A DNA stretch of 64,000 nucleotides from positions 32,001 through 96,000 of the IMG/VR virus record IMGVR_UViG_3300046616_000431, one strand, 5' to 3'. Positions 19,435-28,081 of the stretch are shown piece after piece (the stretch's first letter is position 1; every line of letters starts with the position of its first letter). Source of the DNA: a virus. Position numbers and translations under genes: made by a program. The notes beneath the pieces were generated by a model. The model ran no database searches, had not been told where the DNA came from, and worked only from the letters and a program-made list of their open reading frames with translations.

Positions 19435-19664
19435 TGGCTGACCAGTGGGGGTCCGACGTTCCCGTCTCGATGCCGCAGCCGCTGCCGAAGGACGTCGTCG
19501 GCGTCGTGCACATGGGCGGGTTCGTCATGACCGAGAGCGGCCTCTTCCCTGACCTGTCGGCCGCCGACCACGAGTGGCTGTCCCGGCCTACCTTCGCGCC
19601 GTACAACCCGATGAACGACCTGGTCGAGTCCGTCCCTGACCCCGCCGACGACGAGGATTTCTAG
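19434..19664 (+). CDS. Small hypothetical protein
   Basis: TAATG overlap; MADQWGSDVPVSMPQP... Confidence 0.55.
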   Translation: MADQWGSDVPVSMPQPLPKDVVGVVHMGGFVMTESGLFPDLSAADHEWLSRPTFAPYNPMNDLVESVPDPADDEDF

Positions 19665-19885
19665 CGCTTGCGCCGTAGCACCACGATGAGCTTCAGCGCC
19701 AGGAACGGCCAGGAGAACAAGAGGTGCAACACGATGAGAGGGAGCTGATCTTCCAGGTCCCAGGCCAGGAACGACCCATCGTTCTTGACGGCCTTGATGG
19801 CAATCGAGGAAACCTGCGCCCAGCCGATCATCCAGGCCACACCGGTGATCACGAGCAGTGGCGTGACGATCGACTCTGGATTCAT
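19661..19885 (-). CDS. Two-TM small membrane protein, opposite strand
   Basis: Two hydrophobic segments and a basic RRKR tail; TAGACT -10 box 7 nt before ATG (leaderless). Confidence 0.65.
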   Translation of the reverse strand: MNPESIVTPLLVITGVAWMIGWAQVSSIAIKAVKNDGSFLAWDLEDQLPLIVLHLLFSWPFLALKLIVVLRRKR

Positions 19886-19917
19886 TCTCCGGAGTCTACC
19901 GACTCAAGGAGGGGTTC

Positions 19918-20580
19918 GTGGCCGACAGCCGCAAGGGGCTGAACTGCACCCTGTCCTACCCGGACGGCAAGACCAACCGGCAGTTCAGGGTGCGTGTCGA
20001 CTCTATCGGCCACGGCGTGACGATGGTGGCCGACGAGTCGAGCGCCCGTAACTCGCGCGCCTACTACCCGCACCGGGTGGCGCCGTCGCGCTTCTACCTG
20101 CGGGTGCTCCTGAAGGGGTACGCGGAGCGCCGGGCGTTCTCCAACTGGATGCAGGGCTACGCCGACCACGTGATGAACCCGGGCCTGGCCGTCGGCAAGA
20201 AGTTCCCCGACATGCGCGTCATGGTGCCGTCGAGGAACTTCGACCGCGAGGGCGTGCCGCTGACGGGGTTCGAGTGGGGTGACGCCATCGGCGCGATCCT
20301 GTGGACGCCGACGATCGTCTTCGAGACGACGGGTGAGCCCCAGGACACCGACTCCTGGACGACGAGCAGGTTCGTCAGCGCTGCGGACCCGGACCTGAAG
20401 TACTTCTGGCCCGCCGGTACGCAGCTCGGCGGCAACGCCGTGCCGTCGGGCAACTACAACAACGTCATCGACGGCTCCGACGGCGGCTCCGACGAGGGTC
20501 AGACCCTGGAGGACATCCCCGTGCATGCCCAGCCGAACGAGGGCACCAAGCCGAACGACCGGTACGACTACGGGAGCTAA
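19918..20580 (+). CDS. Baseplate protein
   Basis: AAGGAGG RBS; synteny between tube initiator and hub. Confidence 0.55.
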   Translation: MADSRKGLNCTLSYPDGKTNRQFRVRVDSIGHGVTMVADESSARNSRAYYPHRVAPSRFYLRVLLKGYAERRAFSNWMQGYADHVMNPGLAVGKKFPDMRVMVPSRNFDREGVPLTGFEWGDAIGAILWTPTIVFETTGEPQDTDSWTTSRFVSAADPDLKYFWPAGTQLGGNAVPSGNYNNVIDGSDGGSDEGQTLEDIPVHAQPNEGTKPNDRYDYGS

Positions 20581-20626
20581 CGCGCTGGCGTCCGCCTCCG
20601 CCAAGAGACTACGGACACCAGCGCGT
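20580..20626 (-). ncRNA. Long hairpin with UUGGCG loop (CGCCAA on +)
   Basis: ACGCGCTGG-c-GTCCG-c-CTC CGCCAA GAG-acta-CGGAC-a-CCAGCGCGT; C/A mismatches are G-U on the - strand. Confidence 0.4.
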
Positions 20627-20787
20627 GCAAGGAATGCCCGGACACCGTAGCAGTTCTCCTGTTCTCTGATCTGCCATTCGCCTCAACGACGCGGGGCCAG
20701 GCTCCCGGTCTGCCCCGGGTCACCTGGCCCCACTTGCAGCTGCCCACGGCGGCTGCCTTGTCCTGCCAAGGTACCTGATCCGACCTC

Positions 20788-20822
20788 GTGTCCGCACGCA
20801 TCTGCCGCGCCCCAAGGGGCGG
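20788..20822 (+). promoter_or_regulatory. Putative late promoter motif
   Basis: GTGTCC-N20-AAGGGGCGG. Confidence 0.5.
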
Positions 20823-20824
20823 AG

Positions 20825-23317
20825 GTGGTCCAGATTCCGAACTTCGTGATGGCTCCTGGGGTCAAGGTCTACATCGCGACCGAGAAGCACGGGATCATCG
20901 ACGTCTCGGACGACCTGGTCGAGGGCTCGATGACGCGGCGTTCCGACGGCGTCAGCTCGTTCAGCTTCTCGCTGCAGAACGTGCGCCGGAAGTACGACGG
21001 GGTCCTGTCGCCGAACGACCGCGTCGCCGTCCAGATGAAGCGCCTGAAGTGGGTGCAGGTCTACACCGGCTACCTGAACAAGGTGCCGCTGGTGACGGCC
21101 TGGCCGCGCGTGGTTCACCTGACGTCGTCCTGCTCGCTGAAGCGCCTGCAGTACTGGTACTGGGACTCCCACGCCGAGGCCTCCCAGATGATGGTGAGGC
21201 AGGCGCTGACGGACGCGGGCAAGGAGTCCGGCGTCAGCGACGGCGGCATGACCAACGTGATCTTGACGATCCTGAAGAAGGTCGTCGGCTGGCCCGAGTC
21301 GAGGGTCCACATCGCGAAGATCCCCGGCAACTGGTTCGGCGTCGTCGAGACCCTGGCCAAGCAGATCAACGCCGAACTCGACAACGCGGACAAGATCGCC
21401 CGGACCCTCCTTGAGTCGCTGGGCACCGCTTCGGTCGGCGTGGGCGGCGGCGACGCCAGCTCGCTGACCGGCGAGTACGGCGGCTTCAACTCCTCCGAGC
21501 AGAAGAAGAACGGCGCGACGATCTACTCGGTCGGCAAGCAGAAGGGCGGCAGCACCCGGGACTGCATCATCGCGATCATGACGGCGATGCAGGAGTCGGG
21601 CCTGGTCAACCTCGACCACGGCGACCGGGACTCGATCGGCCTGTTCCAGCAGCGCCCGAGCCAGGGCTGGGGAACCAAGGCCGAGATCATGAACCCGGAG
21701 TACTCGGCGGGGAAGTTCTTCGAGGCCCTGTTCAAGGTCAAGAACCGCGACAGCATGGAGCTGTGGGAGGCCTGCCAGGCTGTGCAGCGCTCCGGCCTTC
21801 CGAGGGCCTACGCGGCGCACGAGAAGGCCGCCACGGCGATGGTGCGCGACCTGGAGAAGGGCAAGAGCGGCGACAAGAACACGGACGACCTGAAGTCCAA
21901 GCCGCAGGGCACCTCCAGCGGCCTCGCGCTGGCGCAGACGGCCGTGAACTACTGCAGCAAGTACCCGAACATCCCGTACACCCAGAAGTACGGCGGCACG
22001 CAGATGGACGTCCTGACGGCGAACCCGCCGCCGGGCCTGGACTGCTCCAGCTTCGTGCAGGCGATGTACCTGCGGACCATGGGCAGCCTCTACAGCCTGC
22101 CGCGCGTGGCCGCCGACCAGTACGCCTTCTGCAAGGACGTCTCCGTGGAGACAGCCCTCAAGACGCCCGGGGCGCTGGTCTTCAAGGGCGGCTCGGCCAG
22201 CGGCATCTACCACGTCGAGATGTCCCTGGGGGACGGCAAGAGCACGGTCGGCGCGCACCGCGCCGGGGCCAAGCCGCACGATGTCGGCGTCAACCCGCCG
22301 TCGGCCGCTAGCTACTGGGACTTCGGCGGCTTCCTGCCCCGCATCGCCTACACGACCGGCGCGGGCGGGGTCATCTTCGAGGGCACGGACGGGGTCGAGG
22401 GGGCCGCCAGCTCCACCGAGCCTGTCGTCGAGCTGGTCACCGGCGCGGACGCGCCCGGCTACAACCCGGACGACCCCTTTGACAAGATGTTCGGCGACAA
22501 CGCCTGGCTGCCGATCTCGACGGCCGAGAACGACCCGAACTACGCCATGGCGCAGATGCTGGCGGGGCCGCGCGCGCTGCTCAACGACCAGCCGTTGCTG
22601 CCCTACCTGAAGAACCTGTTCAACTCGACGATGAGGTCGTTCTCCTCGGCGCCGAACGGGGACCTGATCGCCTGGTACCCGGACTACTACGGCATGTGGG
22701 GCGCCGCCGCGAAAATGGTCATCGAGCCCATCGAGGTCCAGGACTTCGAGGTGAGCTGGTCGGACGACTACATGGTCACGCACCAGTTCGTGGTGACCAG
22801 CCCGCAGGGGTCGACGAACACCTTCGACCCGGCGACCGGCACCATCCAGTCGATCACCCAGGACTACCTGGCCCAGTCGGCGATCTTCACGACAGGCGTG
22901 GTCTCGGTGGACTTCCCGGGCGTCTGGAAGGCCCTCTTCGGCATGGATATGACCGAGAAGCAGGCCAAGGCGTACGCCGACAACATCAAGAAGCGCTTCG
23001 GCGCCCGGCCGGACTACCAGCAGCTGCCGGGCCTGGTCGGGCCGAAGGCGCAGCTGTTCGCCGCGATCTTCCTCTTCATGAGGCAGTTCGCGTACCAGTA
23101 CCAGGCGTCGGTGCCGCTGACATTCATGCCGGAGCTGTACCCCGGCATGCTCATCCAGATCCCGGCCTTCAACTTCCAGGCGTACGTCACCACCGTGACG
23201 CACACCTTCAAGTTCGGGCCTGACGGCTACTTCAACACGGCGGTCAACATCGCGGCTCCGGCCCGCCTCACCGGCGACAAGAAGCTGCTCGGACTCCCCA
23301 TGGCTGGTGGCCAGTGA
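20825..23317 (+). CDS. Baseplate hub with lysozyme/transglycosylase-like and NlpC/P60 domains
   Basis: AMQESGL..L..GDRDSIGLFQQRPSQGWG; GLDCSSFV...HVEM; C-terminal PELYPGM..I...FQAYVTTVTH; start uncertain. Confidence 0.85.
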   Translation: MVQIPNFVMAPGVKVYIATEKHGIIDVSDDLVEGSMTRRSDGVSSFSFSLQNVRRKYDGVLSPNDRVAVQMKRLKWVQVYTGYLNKVPLVTAWPRVVHLTSSCSLKRLQYWYWDSHAEASQMMVRQALTDAGKESGVSDGGMTNVILTILKKVVGWPESRVHIAKIPGNWFGVVETLAKQINAELDNADKIARTLLESLGTASVGVGGGDASSLTGEYGGFNSSEQKKNGATIYSVGKQKGGSTRDCIIAIMTAMQESGLVNLDHGDRDSIGLFQQRPSQGWGTKAEIMNPEYSAGKFFEALFKVKNRDSMELWEACQAVQRSGLPRAYAAHEKAATAMVRDLEKGKSGDKNTDDLKSKPQGTSSGLALAQTAVNYCSKYPNIPYTQKYGGTQMDVLTANPPPGLDCSSFVQAMYLRTMGSLYSLPRVAADQYAFCKDVSVETALKTPGALVFKGGSASGIYHVEMSLGDGKSTVGAHRAGAKPHDVGVNPPSAASYWDFGGFLPRIAYTTGAGGVIFEGTDGVEGAASSTEPVVELVTGADAPGYNPDDPFDKMFGDNAWLPISTAENDPNYAMAQMLAGPRALLNDQPLLPYLKNLFNSTMRSFSSAPNGDLIAWYPDYYGMWGAAAKMVIEPIEVQDFEVSWSDDYMVTHQFVVTSPQGSTNTFDPATGTIQSITQDYLAQSAIFTTGVVSVDFPGVWKALFGMDMTEKQAKAYADNIKKRFGARPDYQQLPGLVGPKAQLFAAIFLFMRQFAYQYQASVPLTFMPELYPGMLIQIPAFNFQAYVTTVTHTFKFGPDGYFNTAVNIAAPARLTGDKKLLGLPMAGGQ

Positions 23318-23904
23318 TCGGCAGCGCAGCAACGCACGGGCTCGCCTGGTCCCTGAAGCAGGTCGTCCTGCGCGAGGTGGACCGGGCCAAGGGGCTGGCC
23401 CTCGGGGTCGACACCGAGGGGCAGTACGTCGAGGTGCGCCTGAGCATCCGCCGTTCGGGCATCGTCCCGAAGGTAGGCCAGACCTGGCTGATCGACCGCG
23501 ACTTCGGGGTGTGGTCCCTGGCTGCGCTGGTCGACCTCGCCCCGCCCGACGTGACCGGCGGGGAGTGGCTGCCGCTGACGCTGAAGAACGGCTGGACCGG
23601 CCCCACCACGACGGCTGACGCGCCCGCGCAGGCCCGCCTGAGCAACGGGTGGATCGAGGTCAGCGGCGTCATCAACGGCGGCACGGTACCGGCCGTGGGG
23701 GTCGACCTGGTGGTCGCGACGCTCCCCAGCGCCCTCCCGGCCCACTACAAGGGCAACGCTGTTCTGGCCAGCAACCTGCCCAGCGGGACGGTCGGCTACG
23801 TCCGCGCGGGCCTCCTGCAGAACGGGGACATCACAATCAAGGTCTCGCAGGCCTACACCCCGGCCTGGATCGACCTCAGCACCCTGAAAGCCCGGGTGAC
23901 ATGA
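23314..23904 (+). CDS. Putative baseplate spike/OB-fold protein
   Basis: Follows hub; PKVGQTWLI OB-fold-like motif; C-terminal WLPLTLKNGW fibre-tip-like domain. Confidence 0.55.
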   Translation: MIGSAATHGLAWSLKQVVLREVDRAKGLALGVDTEGQYVEVRLSIRRSGIVPKVGQTWLIDRDFGVWSLAALVDLAPPDVTGGEWLPLTLKNGWTGPTTTADAPAQARLSNGWIEVSGVINGGTVPAVGVDLVVATLPSALPAHYKGNAVLASNLPSGTVGYVRAGLLQNGDITIKVSQAYTPAWIDLSTLKARVT

Positions 23905-23905
23905 A

Positions 23906-24004
23906 AAAAGTGAGACCCATGGGTCTCACTTTTCCCGCCCTCAAAAACTGTGACATGCATGTCACAGAACTGGGGCTCCGAAAACTGTGACATGCATGTC
24001 ACAG
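23906..24004. repeat. Three palindromes, candidate parS-like centromere
   Basis: AAAAGTGAGACCCATGGGTCTCACTTTT (23906-23933); CTGTGACATGCATGTCACAG twice (23948-23967, 23985-24004); shared TGWGAC-N6-GTCWCA. Confidence 0.7.
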
Positions 24005-24012
24005 ATCCGAGG

Positions 24013-24897
24013 TCAGCTCTTGAGCAAGCCTTCAGCCTCGGCCAGCCTCTGCTTCATCTCATCGACATACTCCTGAGCGGACTGCCGGTCGACCGTGACC
24101 AGCTCCTTGAGGAGCCCCAGGTCGATCTTTCCGGCGGCCCGAGCCTCCTTCAGGCGGACATCGACAGGGCGCGACTGGCGGGCGCCGATCGCCTTCGGCT
24201 CCTGCGCAGCGGCGGCACTGGCGTCCATTAGGCGGCGGAGATTCTTTACCGCCGAGACGGTCACCGGCCCTTCGGCTGCCAGCTCGTCGTACTTGGCCCG
24301 GAGGAGGTCGGGGTCATCCTTACCCAGGGCGTAGAGCTGCTCGACCACCAGCTGCGCCAGCGGAGTGGTCACTCGACTCCCCAGCGTCGAGTAGACAACG
24401 TAGTGCCGGATCGCGCGGTAGTAGACGTGCCGCTCGATGCCGATCGCCTTGGCGAACTTCTCAACGGACTTGTGGCCGCCCGCCGTGTAGCTGCCCTTCT
24501 TCTGAACCTCGGCGAACCAGCGGCCGGTGAGGATCCAGTAGTTGGTCTCGATCTGGGCGAACCCGTTCCCGGCCGCTTCGCCGACCTTGCGGATCTGGCG
24601 TTCCGCGTGAGCAAGGTGCTGCAAGTCGGAAGAGTCATCCGGCGCCTGGACGTACTCGAAGGGGTTCGAGGGCTCCGGGGAGTGGATGATCCCTTCGAGA
24701 GGCGCCGGGGCGACCTGGTGCGGCACCTCGACCTCGGCCGGGGCGCTCGCTGCAGCCTGGGCGGCCTCCGTCAGTGCGGGGTCGTCCTCCCCTCGCCGGG
24801 CGACCGGCTTGACGGCGGCCAGCGCAGCTGCACCCTTCGCCGCCCGCCTCTCGGCCGCCGTCTTCGGTCCCTGCTTGGTTCCTTCTCCGAGCCTCAC
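24013..24897 (-). CDS. ParA partner, putative centromere-binding protein
   Basis: GTG start overlaps the parA stop (GTGA); basic flexible N-terminus; HTH-like GHKSVEKFAKAIGIERHVYYRAI. Confidence 0.65.
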   Translation of the reverse strand: MRLGEGTKQGPKTAAERRAAKGAAALAAVKPVARRGEDDPALTEAAQAAASAPAEVEVPHQVAPAPLEGIIHSPEPSNPFEYVQAPDDSSDLQHLAHAERQIRKVGEAAGNGFAQIETNYWILTGRWFAEVQKKGSYTAGGHKSVEKFAKAIGIERHVYYRAIRHYVVYSTLGSRVTTPLAQLVVEQLYALGKDDPDLLRAKYDELAAEGPVTVSAVKNLRRLMDASAAAAQEPKAIGARQSRPVDVRLKEARAAGKIDLGLLKELVTVDRQSAQEYVDEMKQRLAEAEGLLKS

Positions 24898-25685
24898 GCG
24901 GCCTGCTCCTCTTCCTTGATGGCCTCGCGCAGTACGTGACGCACGAGGTGGCTGAACTCGTCGAGATCGGAGAGCGTGGGGGTCTCCTCCCAGGCTCGGG
25001 TGTAGTGCGTGCGGCCACTGACGTCGAAGTAGGGGTGCACGAACGGGACCGGGATGAAGTCCGGGTCGCGCTCGCTCAGGTCGGTCGCCAGGATGGCCCG
25101 CTGCTCTTCGGGGAGCGAGGTCGCGAACTTGCAGGCGACAAAGAAGTAGTGGACGCCGAGCCCGTTCTCGTTCAGCCGGGCCGCCCTGGCTGCGGTCTGC
25201 AGGGTGGCCTGGATGCGGACGGTCTCCCAGCCGGACGGGGCGCTCGGCATCAGGAGGAGATCCCCCTGAATGCAGAGATCGGTAAAGGCTTCCTTGTCGC
25301 CTCCGCCGAGGTCCACGAGGACGACGTCGTAGTCGGCCTTCAGCTCCTTGATGCGCTTCTCCAGCGTCGGCCCCTTCTGGTCGTTCACGTTGTGCTCGAC
25401 GAGGGCAAAGGGGACCTTCTCCCCGAGCGCATCGCGGATGGCGACCCAGGTGGCCAGGGTCTGGCTGTTGAAGTCGGTGTCGACGATGACGACTCGCATT
25501 CCGAGGGTCCGGGCGAACCACAGGGCGAGGTAGAGGGTCGAGGTCGACTTGCCGGTGCCGCCCTTGAGGACACCGATGCCGACGGCGAGACCTCCTCGGG
25601 ATCGGATCCAGTCCTTGATCTGGGCGACGGGCGCCATGAGCCTCTTCAGCTCTCGGTCGTCCCTGGGTTTGTGCTTGGGGTTCAT
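24894..25685 (-). CDS. parA: ParA family partition ATPase
   Basis: Deviant Walker A KGGTGKST; IVDTDFNSQ; YDVVLVD; AGGAG RBS. Confidence 0.92.
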   Translation of the reverse strand: MNPKHKPRDDRELKRLMAPVAQIKDWIRSRGGLAVGIGVLKGGTGKSTSTLYLALWFARTLGMRVVIVDTDFNSQTLATWVAIRDALGEKVPFALVEHNVNDQKGPTLEKRIKELKADYDVVLVDLGGGDKEAFTDLCIQGDLLLMPSAPSGWETVRIQATLQTAARAARLNENGLGVHYFFVACKFATSLPEEQRAILATDLSERDPDFIPVPFVHPYFDVSGRTHYTRAWEETPTLSDLDEFSHLVRHVLREAIKEEEQAA

Positions 25686-25755
25686 GTGCTCTCCTGATTG
25701 GCGGGCTGTGGGGGCCATCCTGCCGCAAGATCCCGCCTCTCAGGCGCACCCGGTC

Positions 25756-25791
25756 ATGTCTCGGCCCGTCACCGCGCCTCTCAAGGGGCGA
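25756..25791 (+). promoter_or_regulatory. Putative late promoter motif restarting transcription after the par cassette
   Basis: ATGTCT-N21-AAGGGGCGA. Confidence 0.5.
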
Positions 25792-25802
25792 GGAGGTGGC
25801 GA

Positions 25803-26231
25803 GTGAAGACTCTGGCGCTCGTAGGCGGCGACCTGGCCCCGGGTGACGGCGGGTACCGGTTCCTGACTGGTGCTCCGCGCATCCGGCAGGACCTGGCGCT
25901 CGCGCTGGCGGAGCCGTTCGGCAACGACACCTACCACCCCGAGTACGGGTCGGTGCTCAGCTCCTACATCGGCGAGCCGCTGACGGACGAGCTGCAGCTG
26001 CTCGTGCGCTCCGAGGTGGTCCGCGTGCTGCAGCAGTACGTCGCCGCTCAGCAGGCGAACATCGCGGCCGACTCTCTGTCGGGCTCGCGGTCTCGCTACA
26101 GCTTCCAGGACGTTGTGAAGTCGGTGACGTCGATCACGACGGACATCAAGTACGACGTGCTCAAGGTCGCGGTCTCGCTGACCACCGAGTCCGGAGCGAC
26201 GGTCAAGATTCTGCGGACGGTGGACGTGTAA
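25803..26231 (+). CDS. Baseplate wedge protein, gp25/GPW-like
   Basis: QDL..AL.EP.G...YHPEYGS.L..YIG motif; precedes baseplate J. Confidence 0.8.
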   Translation: MKTLALVGGDLAPGDGGYRFLTGAPRIRQDLALALAEPFGNDTYHPEYGSVLSSYIGEPLTDELQLLVRSEVVRVLQQYVAAQQANIAADSLSGSRSRYSFQDVVKSVTSITTDIKYDVLKVAVSLTTESGATVKILRTVDV

Positions 26232-28081
26232 TGGGAGTCTCTCGCGAGGACATCGTCACGCAGATGCGTGACGCGCTGCTGATCTCCGACCCGGAGGTGG
26301 ACACTTCCGTCGGCACGCCGCTGCGGAAGATCCTGGACGCGGTGGCCGGGTCTCTGGCGGACGCGTACGTCGAGAACCACTTGCTGTCGTACGCCTACGA
26401 CATCGACTCGAAGATCGACGCCGACCTGGACTCGTTCACGTCGCTGTTCGGTATCTCGCGGATCCCAGCCCGGCGCGCGATCGGCTCCGTGACGTTCTCC
26501 CGGACCGGGGACCTCACGCCGACCGTCTTCATCCCGGTCGGCACCGAGGTCGCGGCGTCCAGCGACCCGGCCCTGATCGTCCAGCTGGTCACCGGCGCGA
26601 CCCTGATGCCCGGCTCGACGTCGGTCACGGTGCCGGTCCAGGCGGTCGCGGCCGGGCCGGAGGGGAACCTGGGCGCGGGCGTGGCCACGGTCATCACGTC
26701 GCCGATCCAGGGGGTCAATTCGGTGGTCAACACCGGCGCATTGACCGGTGGCACCTCCCGGGAGACGGACACCGAGCTGCGGGCGCGGTGGAAGGCCACG
26801 GTCTTCCGGTCGATGGCCGGGACCGAGCAGATGTACCTGGGCGTGGCCCTGGACGACACCGACTGCTACGCGGCGCAGGTGGTCGGCTCGTCGAAGACGC
26901 GGTCGGAGATCCTGCAGGTGCCGGTCACCGGCAACACGGTCGCACAGATCAACGACGCGAAGTACGTCTACTCCTCGCCGGTGCAGGTGGCGAAGGCGGA
27001 CGGCACGCTGCTGGTCAAGGACTACGACTACACCTGGGTGCCCAGCAATCCGCCGCAGCTCGCCGGGCTGTCGTCGTCGTTCCCGGCCGCTGGTGAGCTA
27101 CTGACGGTCAACTACCAGTACCTGCCGACGGTGAGCCGGAACGACCCGGCGACGAACATCACGAACCGGGTGGACATCTTCACCGGCGGTACCCGGGCGC
27201 AGGCGGCGCAGGCCAGCCTGATCTTCAAGAACGACAAGAAGTGGCAGACGGTCTCCACCGTCGACCTGTACACGGGAGTCTGGCTGCGCGCGGACCAGAC
27301 GCGGCCGGAGGCGGGCAACGTGTTCATCCCGCTGCCGTTCGGGCCGATCCTGAGCGTGCCCACGAACCTCACGGTCGGGGCGACCACGTACGGCCTGGCG
27401 ACGGCGGCGAACCCGATGGGGACGGTCACGGGCGGCGTCACGTACGCGTATCAGATCGTCCACGAGGACTCGGTGGACGGCTGGACACCGACGAGCCGTT
27501 TCGGCCTGGAGTGGCACCGCAACTACCTGCCCGCCAACGGCTCCTCGTTCGTGGTCGGCGGGACCGGGAACTACACCTACAACGAGGTGCCTGCGAGCGT
27601 GCAGGACGCGGTCAATCGCTGGCGGCTGGTGGGCATTGACGCCAAGGTGCACCAGGCCAAGCAGCGCTGGCTGCGGTTTGCCCTGGGCGTGATGTACACG
27701 GCCTCCTCGACCGGGTCGGTTGCCTCGGTCCAGGACGCGATCCGTACGGCACTGAGCGACTACCTGAACCGGATGGGGTTCAACAGCAACGTCCAGATCT
27801 CCGACGTGCTCTCGGTCATCCACCAGGTTCCCGGGGTGGACAACTGCCGCCTGCTGCACGGCGGGGACGTGACCGGCTACAGCTCGGCCAACCCGAACGC
27901 CTCCATCGTCGGCATGCAGCAGATCGCGCCGGGCAGCGCGTCGAACTCGGCCGCGCTGGCGTCGTACGTCGAGCCTGCCACCGGCCGGGCCAAGGACAAC
28001 TACTTCAAGGACGACGAGCTGCCGGTCCTGGGCGCCGTCGTCTTCAAGACGCTCGCGCGCAACAGCTTCGGGGTGCTCTGA
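26231..28081 (+). CDS. Baseplate J-like wedge protein
   Basis: A.GSVTFSR; VPVQAVAAGPEGN; TGGTSRETDTELRAR. Confidence 0.9.
   Translation: MGVSREDIVTQMRDALLISDPEVDTSVGTPLRKILDAVAGSLADAYVENHLLSYAYDIDSKIDADLDSFTSLFGISRIPARRAIGSVTFSRTGDLTPTVFIPVGTEVAASSDPALIVQLVTGATLMPGSTSVTVPVQAVAAGPEGNLGAGVATVITSPIQGVNSVVNTGALTGGTSRETDTELRARWKATVFRSMAGTEQMYLGVALDDTDCYAAQVVGSSKTRSEILQVPVTGNTVAQINDAKYVYSSPVQVAKADGTLLVKDYDYTWVPSNPPQLAGLSSSFPAAGELLTVNYQYLPTVSRNDPATNITNRVDIFTGGTRAQAAQASLIFKNDKKWQTVSTVDLYTGVWLRADQTRPEAGNVFIPLPFGPILSVPTNLTVGATTYGLATAANPMGTVTGGVTYAYQIVHEDSVDGWTPTSRFGLEWHRNYLPANGSSFVVGGTGNYTYNEVPASVQDAVNRWRLVGIDAKVHQAKQRWLRFALGVMYTASSTGSVASVQDAIRTALSDYLNRMGFNSNVQISDVLSVIHQVPGVDNCRLLHGGDVTGYSSANPNASIVGMQQIAPGSASNSAALASYVEPATGRAKDNYFKDDELPVLGAVVFKTLARNSFGVL

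Noticed and set aside
23948-24004. CRISPR mini-array or CRP sites
   Set aside because: Only two identical units about 12-17 bp apart and no cas genes; TGTGA-TCACA spacing is 8 rather than the CRP 6
24898-25749. N-terminal 284 aa of the listed 578-aa ORF 24013..25749
   Set aside because: Overlaps parA out of frame and is Arg/Pro-rich noise; the real start is the GTG at 24897 coupled to the parA stop
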